DNA from: Pseudomonadota bacterium
Lineage (GTDB): Bacteria > Pseudomonadota > Gammaproteobacteria > Xanthomonadales > Xanthomonadaceae
DNA length: 64,000 nt
Assembly (NCBI GenBank): GCA_037033225.1
Contig: JAZBLM010000002.1
Location: forward strand, 10,084-74,083
Reading direction: 5' to 3'
Numbering within the stretch: the first letter of the stretch is position 1; every line of letters begins with the position of its first letter. Below the pieces are notes generated by a model that searched no databases, had not been told where the DNA came from, and saw only the letters and a list, made by a program, of their open reading frames with translations. The translations under genes and the position numbers were made by a program. This document shows positions 47,065 to 54,930 of the stretch, piece after piece.

Positions 47065-47627
47065 GGAGCACCCTGCTTACTCGGGAACATCGGCTTGCTC
47101 ACGTCGACAGCCTCGAGCGCCTGCAGGAACTGAGTGATGTTGTTCTGTGCCGAGCGATTTATCGACTCGCGGACGCGGATCACGCCAGCAAAGGCGTAGG
47201 TAGCAGGCACGACGCCCTCCGCGCTGACGTCCTGGGTATAGACAATCGCCCCAGTCGCGCGATCGATAAGCTCATATCGCGCAATGGTCTTGGTGGTCAT
47301 CGATGCGCCGAAAGCCGGGATATCGAGCGCGAGAATCTTTACCGACAGGCTCAGCTTGTTGGAAGAATCGTCGCGGAACACCGCCATCTTGTTGATCGCC
47401 TCAGTCAGTGCGGTCTCCCACATCTGCGGGATCTCGTGTTGGGCTGCGGCCGGGATCTTTCCTTTCGCCTCGTCCGGCCGCGCCAAGGTCACAGTCAGCG
47501 AACGAAGCTCGCCGTCCACCTTCTTAGTACTAACGCCGACATCAGGCACTGAGAAGTTCAGCGGAGGATTGCTGGCACAGCCAGACAATAAAAGCACTGC
47601 CGCAATGACGGCCCAGATCTTGTTCAT
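47061..47627 (-). CDS. Lipoprotein of unknown function
   Basis: Lipobox LSGC; GTGA overlap with the next gene. Confidence 0.8.
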   Translation of the reverse strand: MNKIWAVIAAVLLLSGCASNPPLNFSVPDVGVSTKKVDGELRSLTVTLARPDEAKGKIPAAAQHEIPQMWETALTEAINKMAVFRDDSSNKLSLSVKILALDIPAFGASMTTKTIARYELIDRATGAIVYTQDVSAEGVVPATYAFAGVIRVRESINRSAQNNITQFLQALEAVDVSKPMFPSKQGAP

Positions 47628-47789
47628 CCATGTCCCCTGTAAATTAGCGGTGCCGTTGCGGCACGGCTATCGCAGTGATAGCCGCGTGATGATGCCACTC
47701 GCCCATGCCCGGCGCCAGCGCATGCGGTTGAGGGGAAACCGCGTAAACATGAACGGAATAGCTTTGCGTTCATAAAGCGAAGCAGAATA

Positions 47790-47832
47790 ATTAGCCACTC
47801 CTATTGCTTGTTAGGTTAGCTACTCCTAATAT
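47790..47832 (+). promoter_or_regulatory. OL operators and pL promoter
   Basis: ATTAGCCACTCCTATT 47790, GTTAGCTACTCCTAAT 47815; TTGCTT-17-TAATAT. Confidence 0.8.
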
Positions 47833-47883
47833 TGCCCTGTCGCCGAAGACGCCCCATCCCGGGGCCGGGCGCAGGAGCCTTGC

Positions 47884-48141
47884 ATGTCCCCATCCCCATT
47901 CCAGCAAGCAGTACTCGCCCTCGCCCTCGCCTCCCAAGGCCCGATCACCGCAGAGGCCAGGCCCCGCGCCGGCGTCGTCTGCATCCAGCTCCCCGGCGGC
48001 GGTTACCTGCACGCCAACCCCGAGGAAGCCGCGCGTCTCGTCCAGGACATCGAGCGCTCGCTCGTCGAACTGCGGATGGCCGACACCTCGGCCCAGCAGT
48101 ACGCCGACGCCCTTACCTTCACCAAGGCGGAGGCCGCATGA
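47884..48141 (+). CDS. Early-left hypothetical protein
   Basis: AGGAG SD; first gene after pL. Confidence 0.7.
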   Translation: MSPSPFQQAVLALALASQGPITAEARPRAGVVCIQLPGGGYLHANPEEAARLVQDIERSLVELRMADTSAQQYADALTFTKAEAA

Positions 48142-48383
48142 GCGCCATCATCCTCCCCTTCCGCGCCGCTCCGGACGTGCGCGAGCAGCGCGCGCACGGT
48201 GCCGCCGTCTGCGTGGCCATCGCAGACGCCCGCATGGGCTACCGCGCCGCACACATCGTCCGTGCCGCTGCCCTCGCTCGCCGCGAAGTGCTCGACGGCC
48301 GTAAGAGCGCAGCGCGCGCCGTCTCCGATATGACGCGTGACCTGGCCGTGGCCGCTCGCCCAACCGGAGGTAGCGCCGCATGA
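48138..48383 (+). CDS. Early-left hypothetical protein
   Basis: GGAGG SD, ATGA overlap. Confidence 0.7.
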   Translation: MSAIILPFRAAPDVREQRAHGAAVCVAIADARMGYRAAHIVRAAALARREVLDGRKSAARAVSDMTRDLAVAARPTGGSAA

Positions 48384-48577
48384 GCTGCATCCCTGAGCTG
48401 CTGGACTGCCCGTTCTGCGGCGGTGAGCCCACCCTCGAAACCACCACCGACCCGCAGGACAGCTGCAACTGCGTCCGCTGCGACGAGTGCGACTTTGACC
48501 TGATGGGCGGCCCGGTGGGCGTCGGCTGGTGGCCTACCCCCGCCGCTGCCGCAGCAGCATGGAACCGCCGCGCATGA
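48380..48577 (+). CDS. Lar-family restriction alleviation-like protein
   Basis: LLDCPFCGG, C..C, AWNRR. Confidence 0.75.
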   Translation: MSCIPELLDCPFCGGEPTLETTTDPQDSCNCVRCDECDFDLMGGPVGVGWWPTPAAAAAAWNRRA

Positions 48578-48732
48578 CCGAGCACGATTTCATCGCCGCC
48601 ATGCAGACCGGCATGCCGCCCCTGCCCGCCCCGAACTCGCTAGCGCCCGCCGAGATCCTCAAGGGCAACGCCGATATCGCCACCCACCAACCCGACGCCA
48701 TCGGCGCAGGAGCACACGTTGAACACGATTGA
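48574..48732 (+). CDS. Hypothetical protein
   Basis: ATGA overlap, MTEHDF. Confidence 0.5.
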   Translation: MTEHDFIAAMQTGMPPLPAPNSLAPAEILKGNADIATHQPDAIGAGAHVEHD

Positions 48733-49069
48733 TATCAGCGTCCCCACGGAGCAAGGCCCGTGGGATATCCAGGCGCTCAAGGTGAGCGAGAACTTCTGCG
48801 TCCACGGTGCTATCGGCGGTGATCACGAGGTCGTAGTCACCCACGTGCCGACCGGACGGGTGGCCATGACCGCCAATACGGTCGCTGCGGCAGCCGAGGC
48901 CGCTTGGGCGCTGGAGCGCCTGCCGATCAACTGGTCGTTCGATGACTGGACTGTCAGTTCCCGCCTTGCTGCCTCGCATGGCGATGTTTTGAAGCAGATC
49001 GGTAAGGCTTGCGCATTTTCCGATCTTGAAGGGCTGCGACAGATCGGTAGCGCGGAGGTGCGCCAGTGA
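48719..49069 (+). CDS. Hypothetical protein
   Basis: AGGAG SD, TTG start; VTHVPTG. Confidence 0.6.
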   Translation: MNTIDISVPTEQGPWDIQALKVSENFCVHGAIGGDHEVVVTHVPTGRVAMTANTVAAAAEAAWALERLPINWSFDDWTVSSRLAASHGDVLKQIGKACAFSDLEGLRQIGSAEVRQ

Positions 49070-49320
49070 TCCACCTAACCGTGCCCGTGTACTGCGCCCT
49101 CGTCGCCGGCTTTTGCCTGGCGCTCCTGCTGCGCGCGCTCCACACCGGCGCCCATAGCTTCACCCTCCTGGCCGTCCTCGGCCTGCTGTTCTTCGGATGG
49201 CGCGCGATCGCCGAGGCTCGCAACAACTGGCCGGCCTTCCGTAAAGAGATGCGCCTGCGCACCGAGTTGCGCCGCCGCGAGGCGCAGCAGAAGCGCTGCC
49301 GCTACACCGACACCCACTGA
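49066..49320 (+). CDS. Small two-TM membrane protein
   Basis: GGAGG SD, GTGA overlap, hydrophobic N-terminal half. Confidence 0.65.
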   Translation: MIHLTVPVYCALVAGFCLALLLRALHTGAHSFTLLAVLGLLFFGWRAIAEARNNWPAFRKEMRLRTELRRREAQQKRCRYTDTH

Positions 49321-49393
49321 ATCCGCCCGCTCGGCCATGCCGAGCCCCGCGCCGGCCGGGTTCCACGCGCCGGTAACCCTTTCAGGAGTCGCC

Positions 49394-50299
49394 ATGTTCT
49401 TCCGCAACCTTGTCATGTTCCGCTTCCCCGTCGGTCTCGACTTTTCCCAGGTCGCCGAGCTGCTGCCTGCCGCCACCCTCAAGCCGGTTGGACCGTTGGA
49501 AATGTCATCCCGTGGCTTCGTCTCGCCGTTCGGGCGCGAAGAAACCGAGCAGCTGCACCACGCCATCGGCGACTGGCTTTGGCTGACAGTCGGCGCCCAG
49601 GACAAGATCCTGCCGGCTTCAGCTATCGGCGAAGCGCTCGAGCAGAAGCTGGCCGAGCTCGAGCGCAGCGAAGGGCGCCGCCCCGGTGGGCGCGAGCGCA
49701 AGCGCATGAAGGACGACCTGCTGCACGAGCTGCTGCCGAAGGCACTCGTGAAGTCGTCCCGCTGCGATGTGTTCCTCGACCTGGCACGCGGCGTCGCCTT
49801 CGTGGACACCAGCAGCCGCAAGCAGGGCGAGTACCTGATGTCGGACATTCGTGGCCTGCTCGGCAGCTTCCCGGCCATGCCGCTGAATGCCGAAGTCGCG
49901 CCGCGGTCGGTGCTGACTGGCTGGATCGCAGGCGAGGCGCTGCCGGCCGGCATTTCGCTGGGCGAGCAGTGCCAGTTGGAAGATCCCGTCGCGGGAGGCG
50001 CCATTGCCAAGCTCGACCGGCAGGAACTCTTCAGCGACGAGATTCGCAATCACCTCGATGCTGGCAAGCAGGTGACGCGCCTCGCCCTCGTGGTCGAGGA
50101 CACCGTCTCGCTGGTGCTGGGCGATGACCTTGTTGTGCGCAAACTCCGTTTCCTCGACGGCGCCCTGGACAAGCTGGAAGACACCGACGACGACGGGCGG
50201 CGTGCCGAGCTGGACGCCCGCTTCTCGCTGCAGATGGGAGAGTTAGGTGCGCTGTTCGACCGCCTAGCTGATGCATTCCATGTGAGCAGCGCCAAGTGA
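49394..50299 (+). CDS. rdgC: Recombination-associated protein RdgC
   Basis: MFFRNL..FRF, SRGFVSP, KILP, ELLPKA, GKQVTRLAL. Confidence 0.92.
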   Translation: MFFRNLVMFRFPVGLDFSQVAELLPAATLKPVGPLEMSSRGFVSPFGREETEQLHHAIGDWLWLTVGAQDKILPASAIGEALEQKLAELERSEGRRPGGRERKRMKDDLLHELLPKALVKSSRCDVFLDLARGVAFVDTSSRKQGEYLMSDIRGLLGSFPAMPLNAEVAPRSVLTGWIAGEALPAGISLGEQCQLEDPVAGGAIAKLDRQELFSDEIRNHLDAGKQVTRLALVVEDTVSLVLGDDLVVRKLRFLDGALDKLEDTDDDGRRAELDARFSLQMGELGALFDRLADAFHVSSAK

Positions 50300-51126
50300 G
50301 ATCTATGCCACGCCTCTATCCAAAGCGGAAACCGCGCAGGCTTTCAGATGGAACGAGTATTCCGTGGAACTACTTTCGGCGTCTCAACGGACGGAAGGAA
50401 GTCGTCTGCCAGCTCCAAGACTCTTTCTCTGATGCGCGATACCTCTTGCAACATTGCGTGCAACTCCGCTTCGCCCCCGTCGAAGCGAGCACCCATCAAG
50501 ATATTGGATTCAAAAGGCTCAGCGGAATCGATGTAGAGAGGCGGATGCAGTCTGGACGCCCGCGAAGCGGCGTCGCTCATAAGTCGCCGCGTATCTCCCA
50601 TGAGTTGTGCAATGAGCGAACCATGGTTTCGTTCGAGCAGATGCAGCCGACTCTCGACGCTTTCCGCGACAGGAAACCAGGGCCGTTGGCACGCGGCCAA
50701 CGCCTCAACCAGACGAGCGTAGTCCTTGATAAACGGGTAATCAGTGAAGCCGATTGCAGCAGACAGGCTATCCATAACGTGATCGGTCCGCATCACCAGG
50801 TCCGCAACTTCCTGCCAAAGCATTTGCGACAGAACGATGCCTTGCAGATGTCGGTCACGATCAGCGCTGACCTTCTGTTCCGTGGCGATTTCTGTCGCCT
50901 TCTGAGCGGCCAGCGCCGCAGAACGGGAGGCTCGCCAAGCTGCTACACCCACCAACGTGGCAGCTATTGTCCCCCAGGCATCCCAGTTAACCGAGCACGT
51001 ACTGCCGAGCAACCAGCACTGACTGACCCCGTCCAACATGCTCATTTCTCTGTCCCGCTATGGACTTGGCAGCATTCTGCCACGGAGCAAGCACTCTTGC
51101 CGCACGCGGAGCTGATTCATGGCTAA
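50296..51126 (+). other. Sense-strand bridging ORF 1 spanning an antisense gene
   Basis: GTGA overlap with rdgC stop; ATGGCTAA overlap with the next ORF. Confidence 0.45.
50344..51045 (-). CDS. Antisense moron: N-terminally membrane-anchored helical protein
   Basis: 233 aa; WDAWGTIAATLVGVAAW TM followed by coiled coil. Confidence 0.75.
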   Translation of the reverse strand: MSMLDGVSQCWLLGSTCSVNWDAWGTIAATLVGVAAWRASRSAALAAQKATEIATEQKVSADRDRHLQGIVLSQMLWQEVADLVMRTDHVMDSLSAAIGFTDYPFIKDYARLVEALAACQRPWFPVAESVESRLHLLERNHGSLIAQLMGDTRRLMSDAASRASRLHPPLYIDSAEPFESNILMGARFDGGEAELHAMLQEVSRIRERVLELADDFLPSVETPKVVPRNTRSI

Positions 51127-51490
51127 CGTAAGCCGCAATGTCACCGGCTCGATCGCAAGGGTTCCGCCGATGGTTAATTCTTCAGGCGAGCGACTGATCA
51201 ATCGCTGCACGAGCGGCCCCTCGAGCATCCGCGAGTGCTTCGGGGCCAGTTGCAAAGAGGGCTTCGCATCGTACCCATTCGTCTTCCTTCTGGGTTCCGA
51301 TTCGGTATTCCCCGAAGTAGCGGCCTTGCGGCGAGAAGCGTCCCTTTGCGCTATAGGCAACGCCTCGGTACGTGTTCGAGATCATCTCGGTGTTGAGAAC
51401 TTTGAGCATTGCAATCTCCCGGGAAAATGTGTGCCAGGGAGAGTATCTGGCTGCGGCGTACGTGTCCAAACAGCAGAGGATTTCGCTTGA
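51119..51490 (+). other. Sense-strand bridging ORF 2 spanning an antisense gene
   Basis: GGAG SD; TTGA overlap with the methyltransferase start. Confidence 0.45.
51182..51409 (-). CDS. Antisense moron: small hypothetical protein
   Basis: GGAG SD; MLKVLNTE...F.TGPEALADAR..A...ID. Confidence 0.65.
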   Translation of the reverse strand: MLKVLNTEMISNTYRGVAYSAKGRFSPQGRYFGEYRIGTQKEDEWVRCEALFATGPEALADARGAARAAIDQSLA

Positions 51491-52263
51491 ATTACTACAA
51501 CGAGTTCGAGCCCTACGCCGCGCAGTGGCTGCGCAACCTGATTGCCGCGGGGTTGATCCCCGCCGGGCATGTGGACACCAGGAGCATCATCGATGTTGAA
51601 TCAGCAGACCTCGCCGGATACCGGCAGTGCCACTTCTTCGCAGGCATCGGGGGATGGTCCCTCGCAGCCCGACTTGCTGGGTGGCCCGACGATCGAGAGC
51701 TGTGGACCGGCTCCGCGCCGTGCCAGCCGTTCTCCGTCGCGGGTAAAGGAAAAGCCCAGACTGACGATCGGCACCTGTGGCCTCACCTTTTCCGGCTCGC
51801 CCGTGCCCGACGGCCCGCTGTCCTCATGGGAGAGCAGGTTGCGGCGGCGGTTGGCAAGAACTGGCTCGACGGAGTGTTCGCTGACCTGGAAAGCATCGGC
51901 TACGCCTGCGGGGCGTCCGTTGTCCCGGCTTGTGCCGTCGACGCGCCCCACCGGCGGGACCGTCTCTGGTTTGTGGCCCACGCCAACCGCCAGGGATCAT
52001 ACGAACTTCGGCACCGCGGAATGGGCAGTGCGCCGGGCCCAGGAATCCGCCCGAGGATTATGCCTCCCGGAGGCGGTGGCAGATCACATTGGGCCGACAG
52101 CCAGGTCGAGAGAGGAAGGCGCGTTAACGCCTGCATTCCTGCTCTGGCTCATGGGGTTCCCGCCAGAGTGGGAAAGATGCGCGCCGGAGGCAATGCCATC
52201 GTCCCGCAGGTCGCCACAGAAGTGATCGGTGCCTACATGGACTGCTATCCGGAGGTCGCATGA
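51487..52263 (+). CDS. C5 DNA cytosine methyltransferase (large polypeptide)
   Basis: GAGGA SD, TTG start; FFAGIGG (I), PCQPFS (IV), EQV (VI), HRRDRLW (VIII), GNAIV (X). Confidence 0.9.
   Translation: MNYYNEFEPYAAQWLRNLIAAGLIPAGHVDTRSIIDVESADLAGYRQCHFFAGIGGWSLAARLAGWPDDRELWTGSAPCQPFSVAGKGKAQTDDRHLWPHLFRLARARRPAVLMGEQVAAAVGKNWLDGVFADLESIGYACGASVVPACAVDAPHRRDRLWFVAHANRQGSYELRHRGMGSAPGPGIRPRIMPPGGGGRSHWADSQVERGRRVNACIPALAHGVPARVGKMRAGGNAIVPQVATEVIGAYMDCYPEVA
51593..52225 (+). CDS. Overlapping alternate-frame polypeptide carrying a motif IX-like segment
   Basis: AGGAG SD 8 nt before ATG; WPTPTARD; LTPAFLLWLMGFPPEW. Confidence 0.7.
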   Translation: MLNQQTSPDTGSATSSQASGDGPSQPDLLGGPTIESCGPAPRRASRSPSRVKEKPRLTIGTCGLTFSGSPVPDGPLSSWESRLRRRLARTGSTECSLTWKASATPAGRPLSRLVPSTRPTGGTVSGLWPTPTARDHTNFGTAEWAVRRAQESARGLCLPEAVADHIGPTARSREEGALTPAFLLWLMGFPPEWERCAPEAMPSSRRSPQK

Positions 52264-52799
52264 CTCTGCTAATGCCTCAACAGCTCCAGCTCAGCCAGCA
52301 CTTCGGCCAGGCCACGGTTGCTGGCCAGCGCGCGTGCGTGCCGGGTCGGCCCAGCCTCGCCAGCCTCCAGCCACGCCGCCGCGTGCGTCCGCAGGGCCAC
52401 GTTCGCGGCTTCCAGCACGACGTGGTGGCGAGCGTTCCGCTGCAGCTCCACCAGCTTCGGGCCGAACACGCTCAAGAGCGTTGCGGCCGGGTCCTGCAGA
52501 AGCTGCTCTGCATCTCCCTGCATGTGCGCGCCGTGGTGCACCTGCTTGGCCAGCGCGTCGAGCAGGTCGGCCAGCCTCCGGTCAGTGCCAGGTGCGGGGG
52601 TTCGCACCTGACGCCGCTGGTGCGCACTCACATAGCGTTTCTGATGCAGCAGCTCCAGGACCGCGGCGCTCGTCCGCAGCTCGCCGGCCTCGGCGCCAGC
52701 CGTGAGCCACAGCTCCGCATGCGTCGAATTAGCGAACAGATTCATCTGTCCCATCGTATTGGCTTCCGCTCCTTTTATTCCAGTCGAGGTGTCCCATGA
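52260..52799 (+). other. Sense-strand bridging ORF 3 spanning an antisense gene
   Basis: GGAGG SD; ATGA overlaps at both ends. Confidence 0.45.
52269..52754 (-). CDS. Antisense moron: helical hypothetical protein
   Basis: 161 aa, typical GC3-rich codons on the minus strand. Confidence 0.7.
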   Translation of the reverse strand: MGQMNLFANSTHAELWLTAGAEAGELRTSAAVLELLHQKRYVSAHQRRQVRTPAPGTDRRLADLLDALAKQVHHGAHMQGDAEQLLQDPAATLLSVFGPKLVELQRNARHHVVLEAANVALRTHAAAWLEAGEAGPTRHARALASNRGLAEVLAELELLRH

Positions 52800-53101
52800 C
52801 CCAGTGCCAGATCGACCACCCCGAGGGCCTGCCGCCCTGCGCCGCTGGTCACAGCGCGCGGCATATCCATGACGGCCGGTGCGCCAGCGCCGGCGGCGGC
52901 CACTTCGTCGAGTGCCGCTGCAAGAAGACGGCCAAGCACGCCGATCCGGACGCGGCGCTGGCCAGCTGGCGCCGACTGAACCGTCCCGCGCGCAGCGCGC
53001 GGAAGGCGCGCCTACCCGTTGAGCCCGGCAACATCCTGCAGATGCCGCTCCGCCTTAACCATGCGGAGCTGCCGCGAAGGAGGGCCAGTGGGCGCGGCTG
53101 A
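52796..53101 (+). CDS. Cys/His-rich phage protein
   Basis: GAGGT SD; LPPCAAGH, HFVEC.C. Confidence 0.7.
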   Translation: MTQCQIDHPEGLPPCAAGHSARHIHDGRCASAGGGHFVECRCKKTAKHADPDAALASWRRLNRPARSARKARLPVEPGNILQMPLRLNHAELPRRRASGRG

Positions 53102-53423
53102 AAGTCTCGACCTCTCCGGAAAGGACTGGCTGACCGTTGAGGAAGCCGCGCATTACTGCGGCGTCTCAAACAGCCAATTCCGAAAGAACGCCCTGAGCTA
53201 CGGCCTAACGCCGCGACGCTTCATGGGGAAGCAGTTGTACGAAAAGGCGGCGCTCTATGCCGCGATCCAAGGTGCTGAAGAATGGCGAAGGTCCGACTCT
53301 ACTGGCGAGGCACAAAGGCCTACATCGACTGGGTCGAGGGCGGTGAGCGCTTTCGTCGGTCGATTGGGCAACTTAGCGCCCGTGAGGCGGAGGGAGTACG
53401 TAGCGCGAAAGAAGCCGAGCTGA
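53088..53423 (+). CDS. xis: Excisionase-like HTH protein
   Basis: AAGGAGG SD, GTG start; WLTVEEAAHYCGVS; immediately before int. Confidence 0.7.
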   Translation: MGAAESLDLSGKDWLTVEEAAHYCGVSNSQFRKNALSYGLTPRRFMGKQLYEKAALYAAIQGAEEWRRSDSTGEAQRPTSTGSRAVSAFVGRLGNLAPVRRREYVARKKPS

Positions 53424-54271
53424 CCCACGGGGTTCGGATACTCGCACGGCTGCCGAAGGTCAGGGACTACCTTGAGTGGTATCTCGACTGGTACGCCGCT
53501 GAGCATCCCACTACCATCACGAAAGCCCGAAGCGAAATGAAGCGCTTCATTGAGCGCTTTGGCCACAGGCCGATAGACAGCATCCGCGCGGTGGAGGTGG
53601 AGCAGTACAAGCGCTCCAGGCTGCTGGACGACAAGGCCGCAAAGGAGACAGTGGGGAAAGAGATCCGCAGGCTCAAGGCGGCTTTCAATCGGGGCATGGA
53701 ATGGAAGGAGCTGGACGTGAATCCGCTGGCGGCCGTGAAAGCACCAAGGGGGGTTCGCAGCGTCGCGGTGAAGTTCTACGACCGGGCGGCCATGCGCCGG
53801 CTCTATAGGGCCAATCCGACCCGCGCGCCGCTGTGGGTGTTCATGGCTCACACCGGGCTTCGCCGCGGCGAGGTCATCGGCTTGGAGAAGTCTGCGGTTG
53901 TAGCTGGCCGGCTGCTTGTGGAAAGCGATCCAGATGAGACCGGTGCAGGCCGTACCAAGTCAGGCAAGTGGCGGGAAGTTCCCCTCAACCGCTACGCCAA
54001 GTGGGCGCTTCGACACCTGCCTGATCCGCTGGTGACAGTGCACAAGGACACCGTTTCGGATTGGTTCGCGAAGGACGCCGCTGCGGCTGGCATTGGTGGT
54101 CACCTGCATCGACTGCGCCACACCTTCTGCGCTCACCTGGTTACCAACGGAGTATCGTTACGTAGAGTACAGTTGCTAGCAGGTCACGCTGACTACGCAA
54201 CAACTGAGAAGTACTACGCGCATCTAACTCCTGACGGGGACTGTCAGGCCGTCAATTATCTCCACTTCTAA
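53282..54271 (+). CDS. int: Tyrosine integrase
   Basis: TGLRRGE, TKSGK.R, HRLRHTF, LAGH, TTEKYY. Confidence 0.95.
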   Translation: MAKVRLYWRGTKAYIDWVEGGERFRRSIGQLSAREAEGVRSAKEAELTHGVRILARLPKVRDYLEWYLDWYAAEHPTTITKARSEMKRFIERFGHRPIDSIRAVEVEQYKRSRLLDDKAAKETVGKEIRRLKAAFNRGMEWKELDVNPLAAVKAPRGVRSVAVKFYDRAAMRRLYRANPTRAPLWVFMAHTGLRRGEVIGLEKSAVVAGRLLVESDPDETGAGRTKSGKWREVPLNRYAKWALRHLPDPLVTVHKDTVSDWFAKDAAAAGIGGHLHRLRHTFCAHLVTNGVSLRRVQLLAGHADYATTEKYYAHLTPDGDCQAVNYLHF

Positions 54272-54273
54272 AC

Positions 54274-54894
54274 ATGCCGCTCGCAGCCAATACAATGATT
54301 GACATCAACAACTATACGCTGCAGCTAATACAACTAACTCTTCAGGAGCCCCACCAAAAATCGAGTCAATTTTCTTCATCAGACTTTGTGGCGATGACAT
54401 CCGCATTTATCGCGCTCTTGGCACTTTTTGCGACAATCTACACCTCTCTGATACAAAGAAAGCACAATAGACTCAGTTCGAAGCCTCTTCTCAACATTGT
54501 CCTGAATTCGGCAGAAAAGAAGCTTTCTATTGCAAATTCGGGACTCGGTCCAGCGATCATTAAAGAGGTCGAGGCGATTCTCGACGGAAGAATATACAAC
54601 TTACTTATTGAAAGTGACGCTGATTCTTTCGCTGAGGCAGCATGTGCAGGACTGAGAACCGACACCTATTATGCCTGGATGGCGCTCGACCAAGATGCAG
54701 TTATCGCAGCAGGATCGAGCGAGCTTATGCTGTGGGTAAAGACTGATCAGCGGGACGAGTGGAACCTGACATATGGAGCGCTGGACAGGACTGCCCTTAA
54801 AGTTGTGTACCAGAGCATCTATAAAGAATCATCAACCTGTACTCACCTCGGACAAAACCATTATTCGGCCCACCCTAAGCCTCCGGAATCTTAG
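54274..54894 (+). CDS. Low-GC cargo protein with one N-terminal TM segment
   Basis: FVAMTSAFIALLALFATIY then RLSSKPLL; N.GLGPAII. Confidence 0.7.
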   Translation: MPLAANTMIDINNYTLQLIQLTLQEPHQKSSQFSSSDFVAMTSAFIALLALFATIYTSLIQRKHNRLSSKPLLNIVLNSAEKKLSIANSGLGPAIIKEVEAILDGRIYNLLIESDADSFAEAACAGLRTDTYYAWMALDQDAVIAAGSSELMLWVKTDQRDEWNLTYGALDRTALKVVYQSIYKESSTCTHLGQNHYSAHPKPPES

Positions 54895-54930
54895 GCTTTA
54901 CAACACTGACAAGGCATACCATCGACAGTC

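Noticed and set aside
47840-47875. GC-rich hairpin after pL as a nut/put antitermination site
   Set aside because: No boxA match or matching element after pR that I could identify; insufficient support
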